From: Bacteroidaceae bacterium | Lineage (GTDB): Bacteria > Bacteroidota > Bacteroidia > Bacteroidales > Bacteroidaceae | NCBI GenBank assembly: GCA_045591315.1 | Contig: JAZNSN010000026.1 | Span: forward strand, 48,170-112,169 | Direction: 5' to 3' | DNA: 64,000 nucleotides | Shown: one piece after another, positions 53,115-62,088 of the stretch | How the letters are laid out: the number at the start of each line of letters is the position of its first letter | Numbering within the stretch: position 1 is the first letter of the stretch | Notes under the pieces: generated by a model | Told to the model about the DNA's origin: nothing | The model's input: only the letters and a program-made list of their open reading frames with translations | The model's database searches: none | Program-made: the position numbers and the translations under genes

Positions 53115-54834
53115 AATAAATCTCTTCAACTACTCCCGACGCAAGAGTGTCGAGGTTAAGGTTGGCGGTGTAGCAATAGGTTATGGCAATCCGGTGCGGG
53201 TTCAGTCCATGACGAATACCAGCACTATGGATACCGACGGCAGTGTGGAGCAGGTGTTGCGCATTGTCGGGAAAGGCGGAGAACTTGTGCGCCTTACTAC
53301 TCAGGGTAACCGCGAAGCGGTGAACATGGGCAGCATAAAGGAGCAGCTCAAGGCTCGTGGCTGCAATGTCCCTCTTGTTGCCGATGTGCACTTCAATGCA
53401 TCTGTTGCCGACACGGCAGCGAGGTATGCCGATAAAGTGCGCGTCAATCCGGGCAACTATGTCGATGCTGCGCGTACATTCAAGCAGATAGACTATACCG
53501 ATGCTGAGTATGCCGACGAACTGAAACGTCTCCGTGAGCGTTTTGTCGCTTTCCTCGATATATGCAAGGCCGAGGGAAAGGCTGTGCGTGTAGGTGTGAA
53601 CCACGGCTCTCTCAGCGACCGTATAATGAGCCGTTACGGTGATACACCGTCGGGTGTTGTCGAGTCATGTATGGAGTTCCTGCGTATATGCCGTGATGAG
53701 CAGTTCAACGATGTTGTTGTATCAATAAAGACCAGCAACACCTCAATGATGGTGACGACGGTGCGCCGTCTTGTGCGTGTAATGGCCGAGGAGGGGATAT
53801 CCTATCCGTTGCATCTTGGCGTAACCGAAGCCGGCGATGCCGAGGACGGCCGTATAAAGAGTGCTGTCGGTATCGGTGCATTGCTTGCCGACGGTATTGG
53901 TGATACGCTCCGCGTGTCACTTGCCGAGGCTCCCGAAAACGAGATACCGGTAGCAAAAGAACTGGCCGGCTATGTTACATTGCGTGAGGGGCAACCATTG
54001 ATAGATGCTGCCGTTGCTCCATGTTTCGATTATGAGGAACCTCAGCGCAGAGCAACTTTAGCGGTGGGTATTGTCGGTGGCAAGAATCTCCCTGTTGTTG
54101 TCGGCGGTGCTGTAACTGATGCCGATATTGCACCTGATTTCATCGCAGGTGAACTGGAGATGCTTTCATTGGATAGTGCTTCCGACGGTGCTTTTGTAGC
54201 TGTTGCATACAGTGACCTCACTCCCGATAATATTGCCAGGATAAAATCGCTCAAGAATATTGTACTGGTAGCATCATCCCGGCATGTCAATGCCGTTGGC
54301 GAGTTGCGCGCAGTTGTGCATAGGCTTATGATTGAGGATATCCAGGCTCCTGTAATCGTGCGCCGGGCATATAACGAGGAGAGCATAGAAACTCTTCGCA
54401 TAAAGGCTGCTGCCGATTTGGGAGTATTGCTCATTGACGGTCTTGTTGACGGTCTGTGGATTGAGAATCCTTCGGGCACGGCTGCCGAACTGAACTCAAT
54501 AATGTTCGGTATTCTTCAGGCGACACGTGCCCGCATAAGCAAGACAGAATATATCGCATGTCCGGGATGCGGCCGTACCATGTACGACCTTCAGGGTACA
54601 TTGGCGCGCATCAAGGCTGCTACAGCTCATCTCAAGGGGCTCAAGATTGGTGTCATGGGATGCATCGTGAACGGTCCGGGTGAAATGGCCGATGCCGATT
54701 ACGGCTACGTCGGTGCTGCCAGAGGCAAGGTTTCGCTTTATCGCAAGAAAGAGTGCGTAGAGAAGAATATCCCGGAAGATGAGGCTATCAAGCGTCTTCT
54801 GGAACTGATAGAGAACGACAAGAGAAGTAAGTGA
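53095..54834 (+). CDS. ispG: 4-hydroxy-3-methylbut-2-enyl diphosphate synthase (long form with insert domain)
   Basis: The motifs VQSMTNT, VRVNPGN, and CPGCGRT...GCIVNGPGE are present. The gene overlaps purE by 20 nt. Confidence 0.9.
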   Translation: MSTRQTEINLFNYSRRKSVEVKVGGVAIGYGNPVRVQSMTNTSTMDTDGSVEQVLRIVGKGGELVRLTTQGNREAVNMGSIKEQLKARGCNVPLVADVHFNASVADTAARYADKVRVNPGNYVDAARTFKQIDYTDAEYADELKRLRERFVAFLDICKAEGKAVRVGVNHGSLSDRIMSRYGDTPSGVVESCMEFLRICRDEQFNDVVVSIKTSNTSMMVTTVRRLVRVMAEEGISYPLHLGVTEAGDAEDGRIKSAVGIGALLADGIGDTLRVSLAEAPENEIPVAKELAGYVTLREGQPLIDAAVAPCFDYEEPQRRATLAVGIVGGKNLPVVVGGAVTDADIAPDFIAGELEMLSLDSASDGAFVAVAYSDLTPDNIARIKSLKNIVLVASSRHVNAVGELRAVVHRLMIEDIQAPVIVRRAYNEESIETLRIKAAADLGVLLIDGLVDGLWIENPSGTAAELNSIMFGILQATRARISKTEYIACPGCGRTMYDLQGTLARIKAATAHLKGLKIGVMGCIVNGPGEMADADYGYVGAARGKVSLYRKKECVEKNIPEDEAIKRLLELIENDKRSK

Positions 54835-54857
54835 AACCTTTGACCGGGTTTACATCT

Positions 54858-54883
54858 AACAGGCTGACCTAGGTCAGCCTGTT
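54858..54883. terminator. Bidirectional terminator (ispG / ECF sigma)
   Basis: The sequence aacaggctgacct/aggtcagcctgtt is a perfect 26-nt palindrome followed by ttttattt. Confidence 0.7.
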
Positions 54884-54884
54884 T

Positions 54885-55388
54885 TTATTTATAGTCCTTC
54901 AGCAGTCTCTGCAACTGTTGTCTGGTGAAGAATATCCTGCTTTTTACAGTGCCTAGCGGCAACCCTAGCTTCTCGGCTATCTCCCGATACTTGAATCCCG
55001 AAATGTGCATCAAGAACGGAATGCGGTATTCACGTGGCAGGCTATGTACGACACGGTATATCTCCTTGCTGTCGTAGTTGTTCTCTGTGGTGTAGTTCTC
55101 CAGCTCGTGCGGCTGGTTTATGTGGAATAGGTTGTCTGTATGGTCAACAAAGGTCTGGTCACGTATCTCCTTCCTGTAGTTGTTGATGAAGATGTTGCGC
55201 ATTATGGTATATACCCATCCTTTGAAGTTCGTGTCGGGTGTATATTTGTCCATGTTGGCAAGTGCCTTCAATGACGTCTCCTGCAACAAATCATTCGCTT
55301 CTTCCTTGTCTGCCGTCAGCTTGTAGGCGAAGCGTTGCAGCTCCGACTGTACTTCAAGCAGGTCTCTCCTAAACTTTGCAGTATCCAC
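54885..55388 (-). CDS. ECF-type RNA polymerase sigma-70 family factor
   Basis: Region 2 reads FAYKLTADKEEANDLLQETSLKAL...GWVYTIMRNIFIN. The region 4 HTH reads YREIAEKLGLPLGTVKSRIFFTRQQL. The start is GTG. Length is 167 aa. Confidence 0.85.
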   Translation of the reverse strand: MDTAKFRRDLLEVQSELQRFAYKLTADKEEANDLLQETSLKALANMDKYTPDTNFKGWVYTIMRNIFINNYRKEIRDQTFVDHTDNLFHINQPHELENYTTENNYDSKEIYRVVHSLPREYRIPFLMHISGFKYREIAEKLGLPLGTVKSRIFFTRQQLQRLLKDYK

Positions 55389-55483
55389 TTTGTTGTCTTT
55401 TTGTAGTTCCGGCCCATTGCTTCAGGGCATGAATATATAACAATAATGGATGCTGTTTTGTTCTTTTTTATTGCAAATATCTG

Positions 55484-57922
55484 TCAGATATTTGCAATGC
55501 GCATGATGTCGGCAAATACACCTGCTGCCGTTACACCTGCACCTGCACCGTATCCCTGTATCAGCATAGGATACTCCTTGTATCTCTCGGTTGTGAGGAG
55601 TATGATATTATTGCTGCCTTCGAGGTGGTAGAACGGGTGACGTTCGTTTACCTTGCATAGCGAAACGCTTCCCTTACCGTTCTCGTACTTGGCAATGAAG
55701 CGCCAATGTTTCTTTTCTGCAACAAGTTCTCTGCGCTCCTTCTCGAACAGTTCGTCAAGTTGTGGAAGCTCTGCCCAGAAGTTCTCAAGCGTTCCTTCGA
55801 AGAGTTCCTGCGGAATGAACAGATTGGCCTCGACGTCGCTCTGCTCAATGGCATGTCCAGCCTCTCGTGCAAGGATTACAAGCTTTCTTATGACATCCTT
55901 GCCGCAGAGATCTATGCGCGGGTCGGGCTCGCTGTAGCCCTTCTCTTGTGCAAGACGTACTGCCTCGCTCAAAGGTATGTCGCTGCTCAGTACATTGAAT
56001 ATGAAGTTCAGTGTACCGCTCAACACAGCCTCAATCTTCAGAATCTTGTCGCCGCTGTTGATGAGGTCGTTTATTGTGTTGATGATAGGAAGTCCTGCTC
56101 CTACATTTGTCTCAAACAGATATTTTATATTGCGCTGGCGCGCAATCTGCTTAAGGTTGCAGTATGTGGCGTAGTCTCCCGATGCCGCTATCTTGTTGGC
56201 AGCGACAACACTTACGTTGCGTGAGAGCAGGTCGCCGTATATCGATGCCACCTCGCCGTTGGCAGTACAATCTACGAACACCGAATTGAAGATGTTCATG
56301 CTTATTATCTCGTCGCGCAGGTTCATGATGTTGCTCTCCTTGCTCTCCATAAGGACTGCACGGTAGTTGTTGAGATCGAGTCCCTCGCGGTCGAATATTG
56401 CATGGCGGCTGTTGGCTATGCCCACAATGTTCAGCTTCAGTGAGTGCTCTTTCTTCAGCTTCTCCTGTTGGGATGCTATCTGCTCGATGAGGCTGCTGCC
56501 TACAGTTCCTATACCGCAGATGAAGAGGTTCAGAACCTTGTATTCCGAAAGGAAGAACGAGTCGTGGATTACATTAAGTGTTTTGCGCAGCAATCCCGAT
56601 TCAATCACGAACGATATGTTTGTCTCCTGGCCGCCCTGAGCGCATGCAATGACGTTTATTCCGTTGCGTCCGAGTGTCTGGAACAGCTTGCCGATGATGC
56701 CGGCATTGTGACGCATGTTCTCTCCCACAATGGCAACGGTAGAGAGGTCGCCGGTAGCTCTCACATTCTCCATGAGGCCCATTGAAATCTCCTTCTCGAA
56801 CTCCTTGTTCAGGACCTCGCATGCTTTTGCCGAGTCGGCATGACGCAATCCGAGCGATGTGCTGTTCTCTGACGAAGCCTGGGCGACGAGGAACACGCTT
56901 ATGTCGGCATTTGCAAGAGCGCGGAATATGCGGTGATTCACACCTACCACACCCACCATGCCAAGTCCCTGCACGGTAAGAAGGTCTGTATCATTGATGC
57001 TTGAGATTCCCTTGATCAAGCGTCCTTCGTCTTCGCTCTGCGCATCAATTACGGTGCCTTCACCTTCGGGGTTGAAAGTGTTCTTTATCTTTATAGGTAT
57101 ATTCGCTTTGAATACAGGGTAGATAGTAGGGGGATATACGACCTTTGCACCAAAGTTGCATAACTCTGTAGCCTCTACATAACTCAGATGTCTTATCGTA
57201 TATGCATTGTTTATTACACGCGGGTCAGCTGTCATGAAGCCGTCAACATCGGTCCATATCTCCAGGCATCCAGCATTGAGCGTTGCTGCCAGTATGGCAG
57301 CTGTATAGTCGCTTCCTCCACGTCCCAGGTTTGTTATCTCTTCGCTCTCCTTGTCCTGGGCAATGAAACCTGGTACTACAATTATCCTTTCCTTGCTGCC
57401 GTCGAAGAAGTTGTGTATCAGCCTGTCTGTCTCTTCGCTTGCAAGGATATGCTTGCTGTGCTTTACCTCAGTCTTTATGAACTGGCGTGAGTTGTAGCGT
57501 ACGGCACCGTCGATGAGCGCGGTAACGATGCGGCTAGATATTCTCTCGCCATAGCTTACTATGGTAGCTTCGCTTTTCGGGGTTATGTTGTTGATGAGGG
57601 CAAGACCCTGATAGATGTTGTCCAGCTCATTGAGCAACTTGTCAACATCCTGCAGCAATGCAATGCGTTTCCCATCATCGGGGATAATGCCTTCTATCAG
57701 TTCATGGTGGCGTGCAACTATCTGCCTGAACTCTTCGTTGAAGGCCGGGTCGCCGTTTACGGCCAGCTGCGAGGTTTTTATGAGCTTGTCGGTTATGCCG
57801 CCAAGTGCCGATACTACGACAATCACGTTTTCCTTGTCTGCCGCAGTCTCAACAATGCTCTTGAGATTTAATATGCTATTGACGGAACCAACAGATGTAC
57901 CGCCGAATTTCATCACTTTCAT
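55484..57922 (-). CDS. thrA: Bifunctional aspartokinase / homoserine dehydrogenase
   Basis: It begins MKVMKFGGTSVGS (aspartokinase), has ACT domains, and has a C-terminal homoserine dehydrogenase domain (GIGTVGSSLIEQI). Length is 812 aa. Confidence 0.9.
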   Translation of the reverse strand: MKVMKFGGTSVGSVNSILNLKSIVETAADKENVIVVVSALGGITDKLIKTSQLAVNGDPAFNEEFRQIVARHHELIEGIIPDDGKRIALLQDVDKLLNELDNIYQGLALINNITPKSEATIVSYGERISSRIVTALIDGAVRYNSRQFIKTEVKHSKHILASEETDRLIHNFFDGSKERIIVVPGFIAQDKESEEITNLGRGGSDYTAAILAATLNAGCLEIWTDVDGFMTADPRVINNAYTIRHLSYVEATELCNFGAKVVYPPTIYPVFKANIPIKIKNTFNPEGEGTVIDAQSEDEGRLIKGISSINDTDLLTVQGLGMVGVVGVNHRIFRALANADISVFLVAQASSENSTSLGLRHADSAKACEVLNKEFEKEISMGLMENVRATGDLSTVAIVGENMRHNAGIIGKLFQTLGRNGINVIACAQGGQETNISFVIESGLLRKTLNVIHDSFFLSEYKVLNLFICGIGTVGSSLIEQIASQQEKLKKEHSLKLNIVGIANSRHAIFDREGLDLNNYRAVLMESKESNIMNLRDEIISMNIFNSVFVDCTANGEVASIYGDLLSRNVSVVAANKIAASGDYATYCNLKQIARQRNIKYLFETNVGAGLPIINTINDLINSGDKILKIEAVLSGTLNFIFNVLSSDIPLSEAVRLAQEKGYSEPDPRIDLCGKDVIRKLVILAREAGHAIEQSDVEANLFIPQELFEGTLENFWAELPQLDELFEKERRELVAEKKHWRFIAKYENGKGSVSLCKVNERHPFYHLEGSNNIILLTTERYKEYPMLIQGYGAGAGVTAAGVFADIMRIANI

Positions 57923-57960
57923 CAGTTCTTGCTTGAATTGTTTATTCGGTTAGAATCTGC

Positions 57961-57968
57961 AAATTTAT
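57961..57968 (-). promoter_or_regulatory. -7 box (TAAATTTG on the minus strand) for thrA
   Basis: This is an exact TAnnTTTG match, 39 nt upstream of the ATG at 57922. Confidence 0.45.
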
Positions 57969-58057
57969 CAAAATAACGTTAATCAGCAATGGACTTTGCG
58001 TATTTTGGGAAACTGTTTTAGAATTATTTAGAGATTGCTTGAGGTATATCTGTCGGG

Positions 58058-59065
58058 TCAGATAATTTCCGGGAACTCTATTAGGCTTGTTTCAATAGGA
58101 ATAATATGGGCTTTTGCACGGTTATGCCCCGGTATGTAGTTCTTGGCAAGCTCGTAGTTGAGTTTGCTCATAAAACTTTTTCTTATTAAGGAGAGGTTCC
58201 GATGCAACTGATTTTCCATCGGGTTTGTGACACCTTTGAATACCCTTTCTATTACACTAGGGTTCTTCCGTCCCGAAATTGTGCGGTATATATCCTTCAG
58301 TTCTGTTTCATAATTCTGTATATCCTTCAAGACTATCCCTTCTGGGTGGCTTAGGAAAAGTATGTACAGAGCCTTTGGCAACGGTTCCAACTTTATTGTT
58401 ATCTGTGGGTATAAAGGTAATGATATGTTGAAGTTGTTGTCGAAACGTATAGGGCTGATGGTTGTGCATCGTTCGTTGCATATGCTTTTTGCAAGCAGAT
58501 CATTGCCAAGAAATTCTCCGTCACTCCAATCTCTGTTGTACGGGTCGGACTCTTCTGTTTCGGGCAACTTGTATCGTAATCCGCTTAAGGAGAAATTGCT
58601 TTCAAAGCACTCTTTCTTTATTACGGAGCATACAGCCTCGTCAAGAAAACGGAACAGCAACTCCTTGTAGTCGCATTTCTCCCCGTCGAATCCATCTTCG
58701 CACAGAATATCGGCAATGCAATTCCCGTCTTTGTCAATGCTTGTGCCAATAATGAAATAGAGCTTGCTGCATAGGTTCTTCCTACTGCTCTTTCTGAACT
58801 CCGCAGTACGTGCATCCAACTCCTCTTTTGTCAGCGTGGGGTATTGGCGTAACAGGAGGTTCTTTATCGAACGTCTTCCGAACAGGGCTGTAGAGGTTGT
58901 CTCAAAGGCATTAAGGCGTACCCCGCGCTGTGACATGTAGGATTTGATGTATCCCATGTGACCATGTATGTAGCGGTTTATGTTCCTGCTCCTTTTGCCT
59001 TCGACAAAGTAGAGGGAGACGGCAGTGCCTTTGTAGGCATTCGATGTTTCGCTGTATCTTCTCAT
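58058..59065 (-). CDS. Hypothetical protein with an HTH-like C-terminal region (335 aa)
   Basis: This is a long ORF between the thrA and menA promoters with no signal peptide. The C-terminal segment LPKALYILFLSHPEGIVLKDIQNYETELKDIY resembles a LuxR/sigma-region-4-type HTH. I recognise no catalytic motif. Confidence 0.6.
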   Translation of the reverse strand: MRRYSETSNAYKGTAVSLYFVEGKRSRNINRYIHGHMGYIKSYMSQRGVRLNAFETTSTALFGRRSIKNLLLRQYPTLTKEELDARTAEFRKSSRKNLCSKLYFIIGTSIDKDGNCIADILCEDGFDGEKCDYKELLFRFLDEAVCSVIKKECFESNFSLSGLRYKLPETEESDPYNRDWSDGEFLGNDLLAKSICNERCTTISPIRFDNNFNISLPLYPQITIKLEPLPKALYILFLSHPEGIVLKDIQNYETELKDIYRTISGRKNPSVIERVFKGVTNPMENQLHRNLSLIRKSFMSKLNYELAKNYIPGHNRAKAHIIPIETSLIEFPEII

Positions 59066-59118
59066 AAATCAAAAGCGAAAATATGAAAATATGTTGGAAT
59101 ATAAAAGCGGAGATTGCT

Positions 59119-59126
59119 TATCTTTG
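59119..59126 (+). promoter_or_regulatory. -7 box (TATCTTTG) for menA
   Basis: This is an exact TAnnTTTG match, 27 nt upstream of the ATG at 59153. Confidence 0.45.
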
Positions 59127-59152
59127 CCATATATTAGAGCTATACCTATCTT

Positions 59153-60049
59153 ATGGAAAGAAAAAGACATACATTCAAGGAATGGTTCCTTGCAACCCGT
59201 CCTTGGTCATTTCCGGCATCCTCAATGCCTGTTGCCGTTACATTGGCATTCCTGTACTGGAGAGGTTTTGAGGTCAATTGGCCGGTCGGCCTATGGACAC
59301 TTTTGAGCGTAATTCTCTTCCATGCTGCAGGAAACACCTGGAGCGACTATTCCGATTTCAAGCGGGGTGTTGACCGTGAAGATACCATAGGCGGAATGTC
59401 AATCACTAGCGGTGAATTTCTCCCCAGTGAAATAAAGTGCCTTTCGCTTCTGCTGCTTGCGGTCGCTGCAGTGTCGGGCTTGTCGCTTATGCTGGCTACT
59501 GGCTTGCCGACCCTTTATCTTGGATTGGCCGGTATAGCTCTGACAATGATGTATCCGTTCTTCAAGTATCATGCAATGGGTGATATTGACATATTCCTTA
59601 CATACTCTCTGTTGCCGGTTTTGGGCACATCCTATGTCGCGACAGGAGCATTTGTCATGGATGTGCTTTGGCTTGTCCTGCCTATAGGCCTTATAACTGT
59701 GGGCATACTTCATATAAACAACACCCGCGACATCGAGCATGACAAGCGTGCCGGAATACATACCTTTGCGATGCTCGCCGGCAAGCGTGCATCGGCGTTT
59801 ATATACTGCATGGAAGTGACAGTACCTTTCGTATGGGTGGCAATCTGTATAATATACAATTCCATGCCGTTGTGGTCGCTGATTGTCCTCTTGGCATTGA
59901 AACCTGCCATAGACAACTCGCGCAAGGCACTCCTGTTCCCAAAAGAGGGCATGCAGGCTGTCGTAGGAGTTGACGAGGCTACCGCCAAACTGCAGCTGAT
60001 GTTCAGTCTTTTGCTTGTAGTATCATTCTTTATAGCATCTTTGGTATGA
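59153..60049 (+). CDS. menA: UbiA-family prenyltransferase, 1,4-dihydroxy-2-naphthoate polyprenyltransferase-like
   Basis: The N-terminus reads WFLATRPWSFPASSMPV, and the Asp-rich motifs NTWSDYSDFKRGVD and NNTRDIEHD are present. It has about 8-9 TM segments. Confidence 0.7.
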   Translation: MERKRHTFKEWFLATRPWSFPASSMPVAVTLAFLYWRGFEVNWPVGLWTLLSVILFHAAGNTWSDYSDFKRGVDREDTIGGMSITSGEFLPSEIKCLSLLLLAVAAVSGLSLMLATGLPTLYLGLAGIALTMMYPFFKYHAMGDIDIFLTYSLLPVLGTSYVATGAFVMDVLWLVLPIGLITVGILHINNTRDIEHDKRAGIHTFAMLAGKRASAFIYCMEVTVPFVWVAICIIYNSMPLWSLIVLLALKPAIDNSRKALLFPKEGMQAVVGVDEATAKLQLMFSLLLVVSFFIASLV

Positions 60050-60663
60050 GGAAGGTTCTGTTGACAATAGCGGTTGCAGCAATTCTTTGGGCTGTAATGT
60101 TTACTCCCTGGACTGCACCGCATGTGAATTTCTGGTGGGCGATGACTGCTTCGGCATGTGTGCTTTCGCTCATGGCAACCCATTTTGCTCCGGGCTGGTG
60201 GAGGAGTGTCAAGATAACGCCTCGCGAGGTCGTTCTCGGAGTCGCTATTGCTGCAGCATTGTGGGGAGTCTTCTGGGTAGGTGACAAGCTTTCGCAGCTG
60301 ATGTTTGACTTTGCACGTCCGCAGGTCGATACTATATACGGAATGAAAGAGGGTGAATCGCCCTGGCTGCTCACGGCATTAATGCTTTTCCTTATAGGCC
60401 CGGCCGAGGAAATCTATTGGCGAGGATATGTGCAGAAGAGCCTTTCGGCAAGGTGGAATCCGAATATAGGCTTTGCAGTCACTACGCTTATATATGCTCT
60501 GGTGCATGCAAGTTCGTTCAATTTCATGCTTGTCATGGCTGCTCTTGTGGCAGGCTTGGTATGGGGTTTGCTCTACCGTTTCTTCCCTGAGCATTTTGCA
60601 GCGATAATAATATCGCATGCAGTATGGGATGTGGCAGTTTTTATCTGGTTCCCGATAATGTAA
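60046..60663 (+). CDS. CPBP-family intramembrane glutamic endopeptidase (CAAX protease/Abi)
   Basis: It has the motif GPAEEIYWRGY (EExxxR) and later FxxxH/HAxW motifs (YALVHA, SHAVWD). It overlaps menA by 4 nt. Confidence 0.8.
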   Translation: MRKVLLTIAVAAILWAVMFTPWTAPHVNFWWAMTASACVLSLMATHFAPGWWRSVKITPREVVLGVAIAAALWGVFWVGDKLSQLMFDFARPQVDTIYGMKEGESPWLLTALMLFLIGPAEEIYWRGYVQKSLSARWNPNIGFAVTTLIYALVHASSFNFMLVMAALVAGLVWGLLYRFFPEHFAAIIISHAVWDVAVFIWFPIM

Positions 60664-60719
60664 GAGGCCAAATGCCTGTTTACAGAAAATAACAAACAAA
60701 AAGATATTTATTTGGATAT

Positions 60720-62087
60720 ATGGCAAAGGATAAGACAATCTTCTTGTGCAACGAATGCGGTTATGAGTCGCCTAAATGGGCAGGCAAGTGCCCGTCGTGC
60801 GGTGCATGGAACAGCTTTGTAGAAAAGGTTGTACGCAATACTCCTGCTTCACGTACCGCATCTGCAGGCGGCAATGCCTTGCAGTCGCAACCGGTGCTTA
60901 TCGATGATGTCGCAGCTGATGCGCTTCCTCGTATAGACATGGGTGACGGTGAACTGAACCGTGTGCTTGGCGGAGGACTTGTGCCAGGTTCGCTTGTGCT
61001 GTTGGGTGGTGAACCCGGAATAGGCAAATCGACACTTGTACTGCAGACGATACTCGGACTGCCGGCGCGTAAGGTGCTTTATGTGTCGGGCGAGGAGAGT
61101 GTGCAGCAGATAAAGCTTCGTGCCGACAGAATACCTCACAAGGCCGGGAACTGCCATATAGTGTGCGAAACTTCGCTCGAAACGGTCTTTACTCATATAA
61201 AGAACATATCGCCTGAACTTCTTGTGATAGACTCGATACAGACAATGTGCAGCGAGGCGGTCGATTCTTCCCCCGGCAGCATGTCGCAGGTGCGCGAGTG
61301 CACTGCCATGCTGCTGAAGTTTGCCAAGGAGAACAATGTGCCGGTGATTCTCATCGGGCATATAACAAAAGACGGAGCAATAGCCGGCCCAAAGATTCTT
61401 GAGCATATTGTCGATGTCGTAATACAGTTCGAGGGTGACCAGCACTATCTCTACCGCGTGTTGCGTTCTATAAAAAACCGTTTCGGAAGTACAGCCGAAC
61501 TGGGTATATACGAAATGCGGCGTGAGGGGCTGCGTCAGGTTACAAACCCGTCGGAACTTTTGCTGAGCGACCGCCACAAAGGAATGAGCGGTGTTGCCAT
61601 AGCTTCTGCAATAGAGGGTGTGAGCCCCTTCCTTATTGAGGCTCAGGCACTGGTCAGCAGTGCGGCATACGGCACTCCACAGCGTTCGGCAACAGGCTTT
61701 GACATACGTCGAATGAACATGCTTCTCGCAGTTCTTGAGAAACGTGTCGGCTTCAAGCTCGCACAGAAGGACGTATATCTCAACATTGCAGGAGGCTTGC
61801 GTGTGAATGATCCGGCAATAGATCTTTCGGTTATAAGTGCAATTCTTTCGAGCAATATGGACGTGGAGATTGAGCCTACAATATGCATGTCGGGTGAAGT
61901 AGGCCTTTCGGGCGAGATACGTCCCGTCAACCGCATTGAGCAGCGTATAGCCGAAGCTGCAAAACTCGGCTTCAAGCAGATAATAGTTCCTAAGAGCAAT
62001 ATAAAACGTCTCGATACCTCCCGCTTCGGGATTGAGGTATTGCCGGTGAATAAGGTGGAAGAGGCGTTCCGCTTAATATTCGGATAA
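60720..62087 (+). CDS. radA: DNA repair protein RadA/Sms
   Basis: It has a zinc finger (CNECGYESPKWAGKCPSCGAWNS), Walker A GEPGIGKST, the KNRFG motif, and a Lon-like C-domain. Confidence 0.95.
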   Translation: MAKDKTIFLCNECGYESPKWAGKCPSCGAWNSFVEKVVRNTPASRTASAGGNALQSQPVLIDDVAADALPRIDMGDGELNRVLGGGLVPGSLVLLGGEPGIGKSTLVLQTILGLPARKVLYVSGEESVQQIKLRADRIPHKAGNCHIVCETSLETVFTHIKNISPELLVIDSIQTMCSEAVDSSPGSMSQVRECTAMLLKFAKENNVPVILIGHITKDGAIAGPKILEHIVDVVIQFEGDQHYLYRVLRSIKNRFGSTAELGIYEMRREGLRQVTNPSELLLSDRHKGMSGVAIASAIEGVSPFLIEAQALVSSAAYGTPQRSATGFDIRRMNMLLAVLEKRVGFKLAQKDVYLNIAGGLRVNDPAIDLSVISAILSSNMDVEIEPTICMSGEVGLSGEIRPVNRIEQRIAEAAKLGFKQIIVPKSNIKRLDTSRFGIEVLPVNKVEEAFRLIFG

Positions 62088-62088
62088 G

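Noticed and set aside
55470-55498. A 14-bp perfect inverted repeat (attgcaaatatctg-t-cagatatttgcaat) spans the thrA stop codon and might be a terminator.
   Set aside because: On the thrA (minus) strand it is followed by an A-run rather than a U-run. The T-run lies on the wrong side for that strand, and no plus-strand gene needs terminating there. It may still form a hairpin, but I cannot support a terminator call.
60849-61577. There is a 242-aa antisense ORF inside radA, with similar ones at 53080-53604, 40355-40921, 43008-43556, 31957-32493 and 5178-5759.
   Set aside because: Each lies opposite a gene with strong family motifs, and none has a recognisable motif or its own promoter or terminator.
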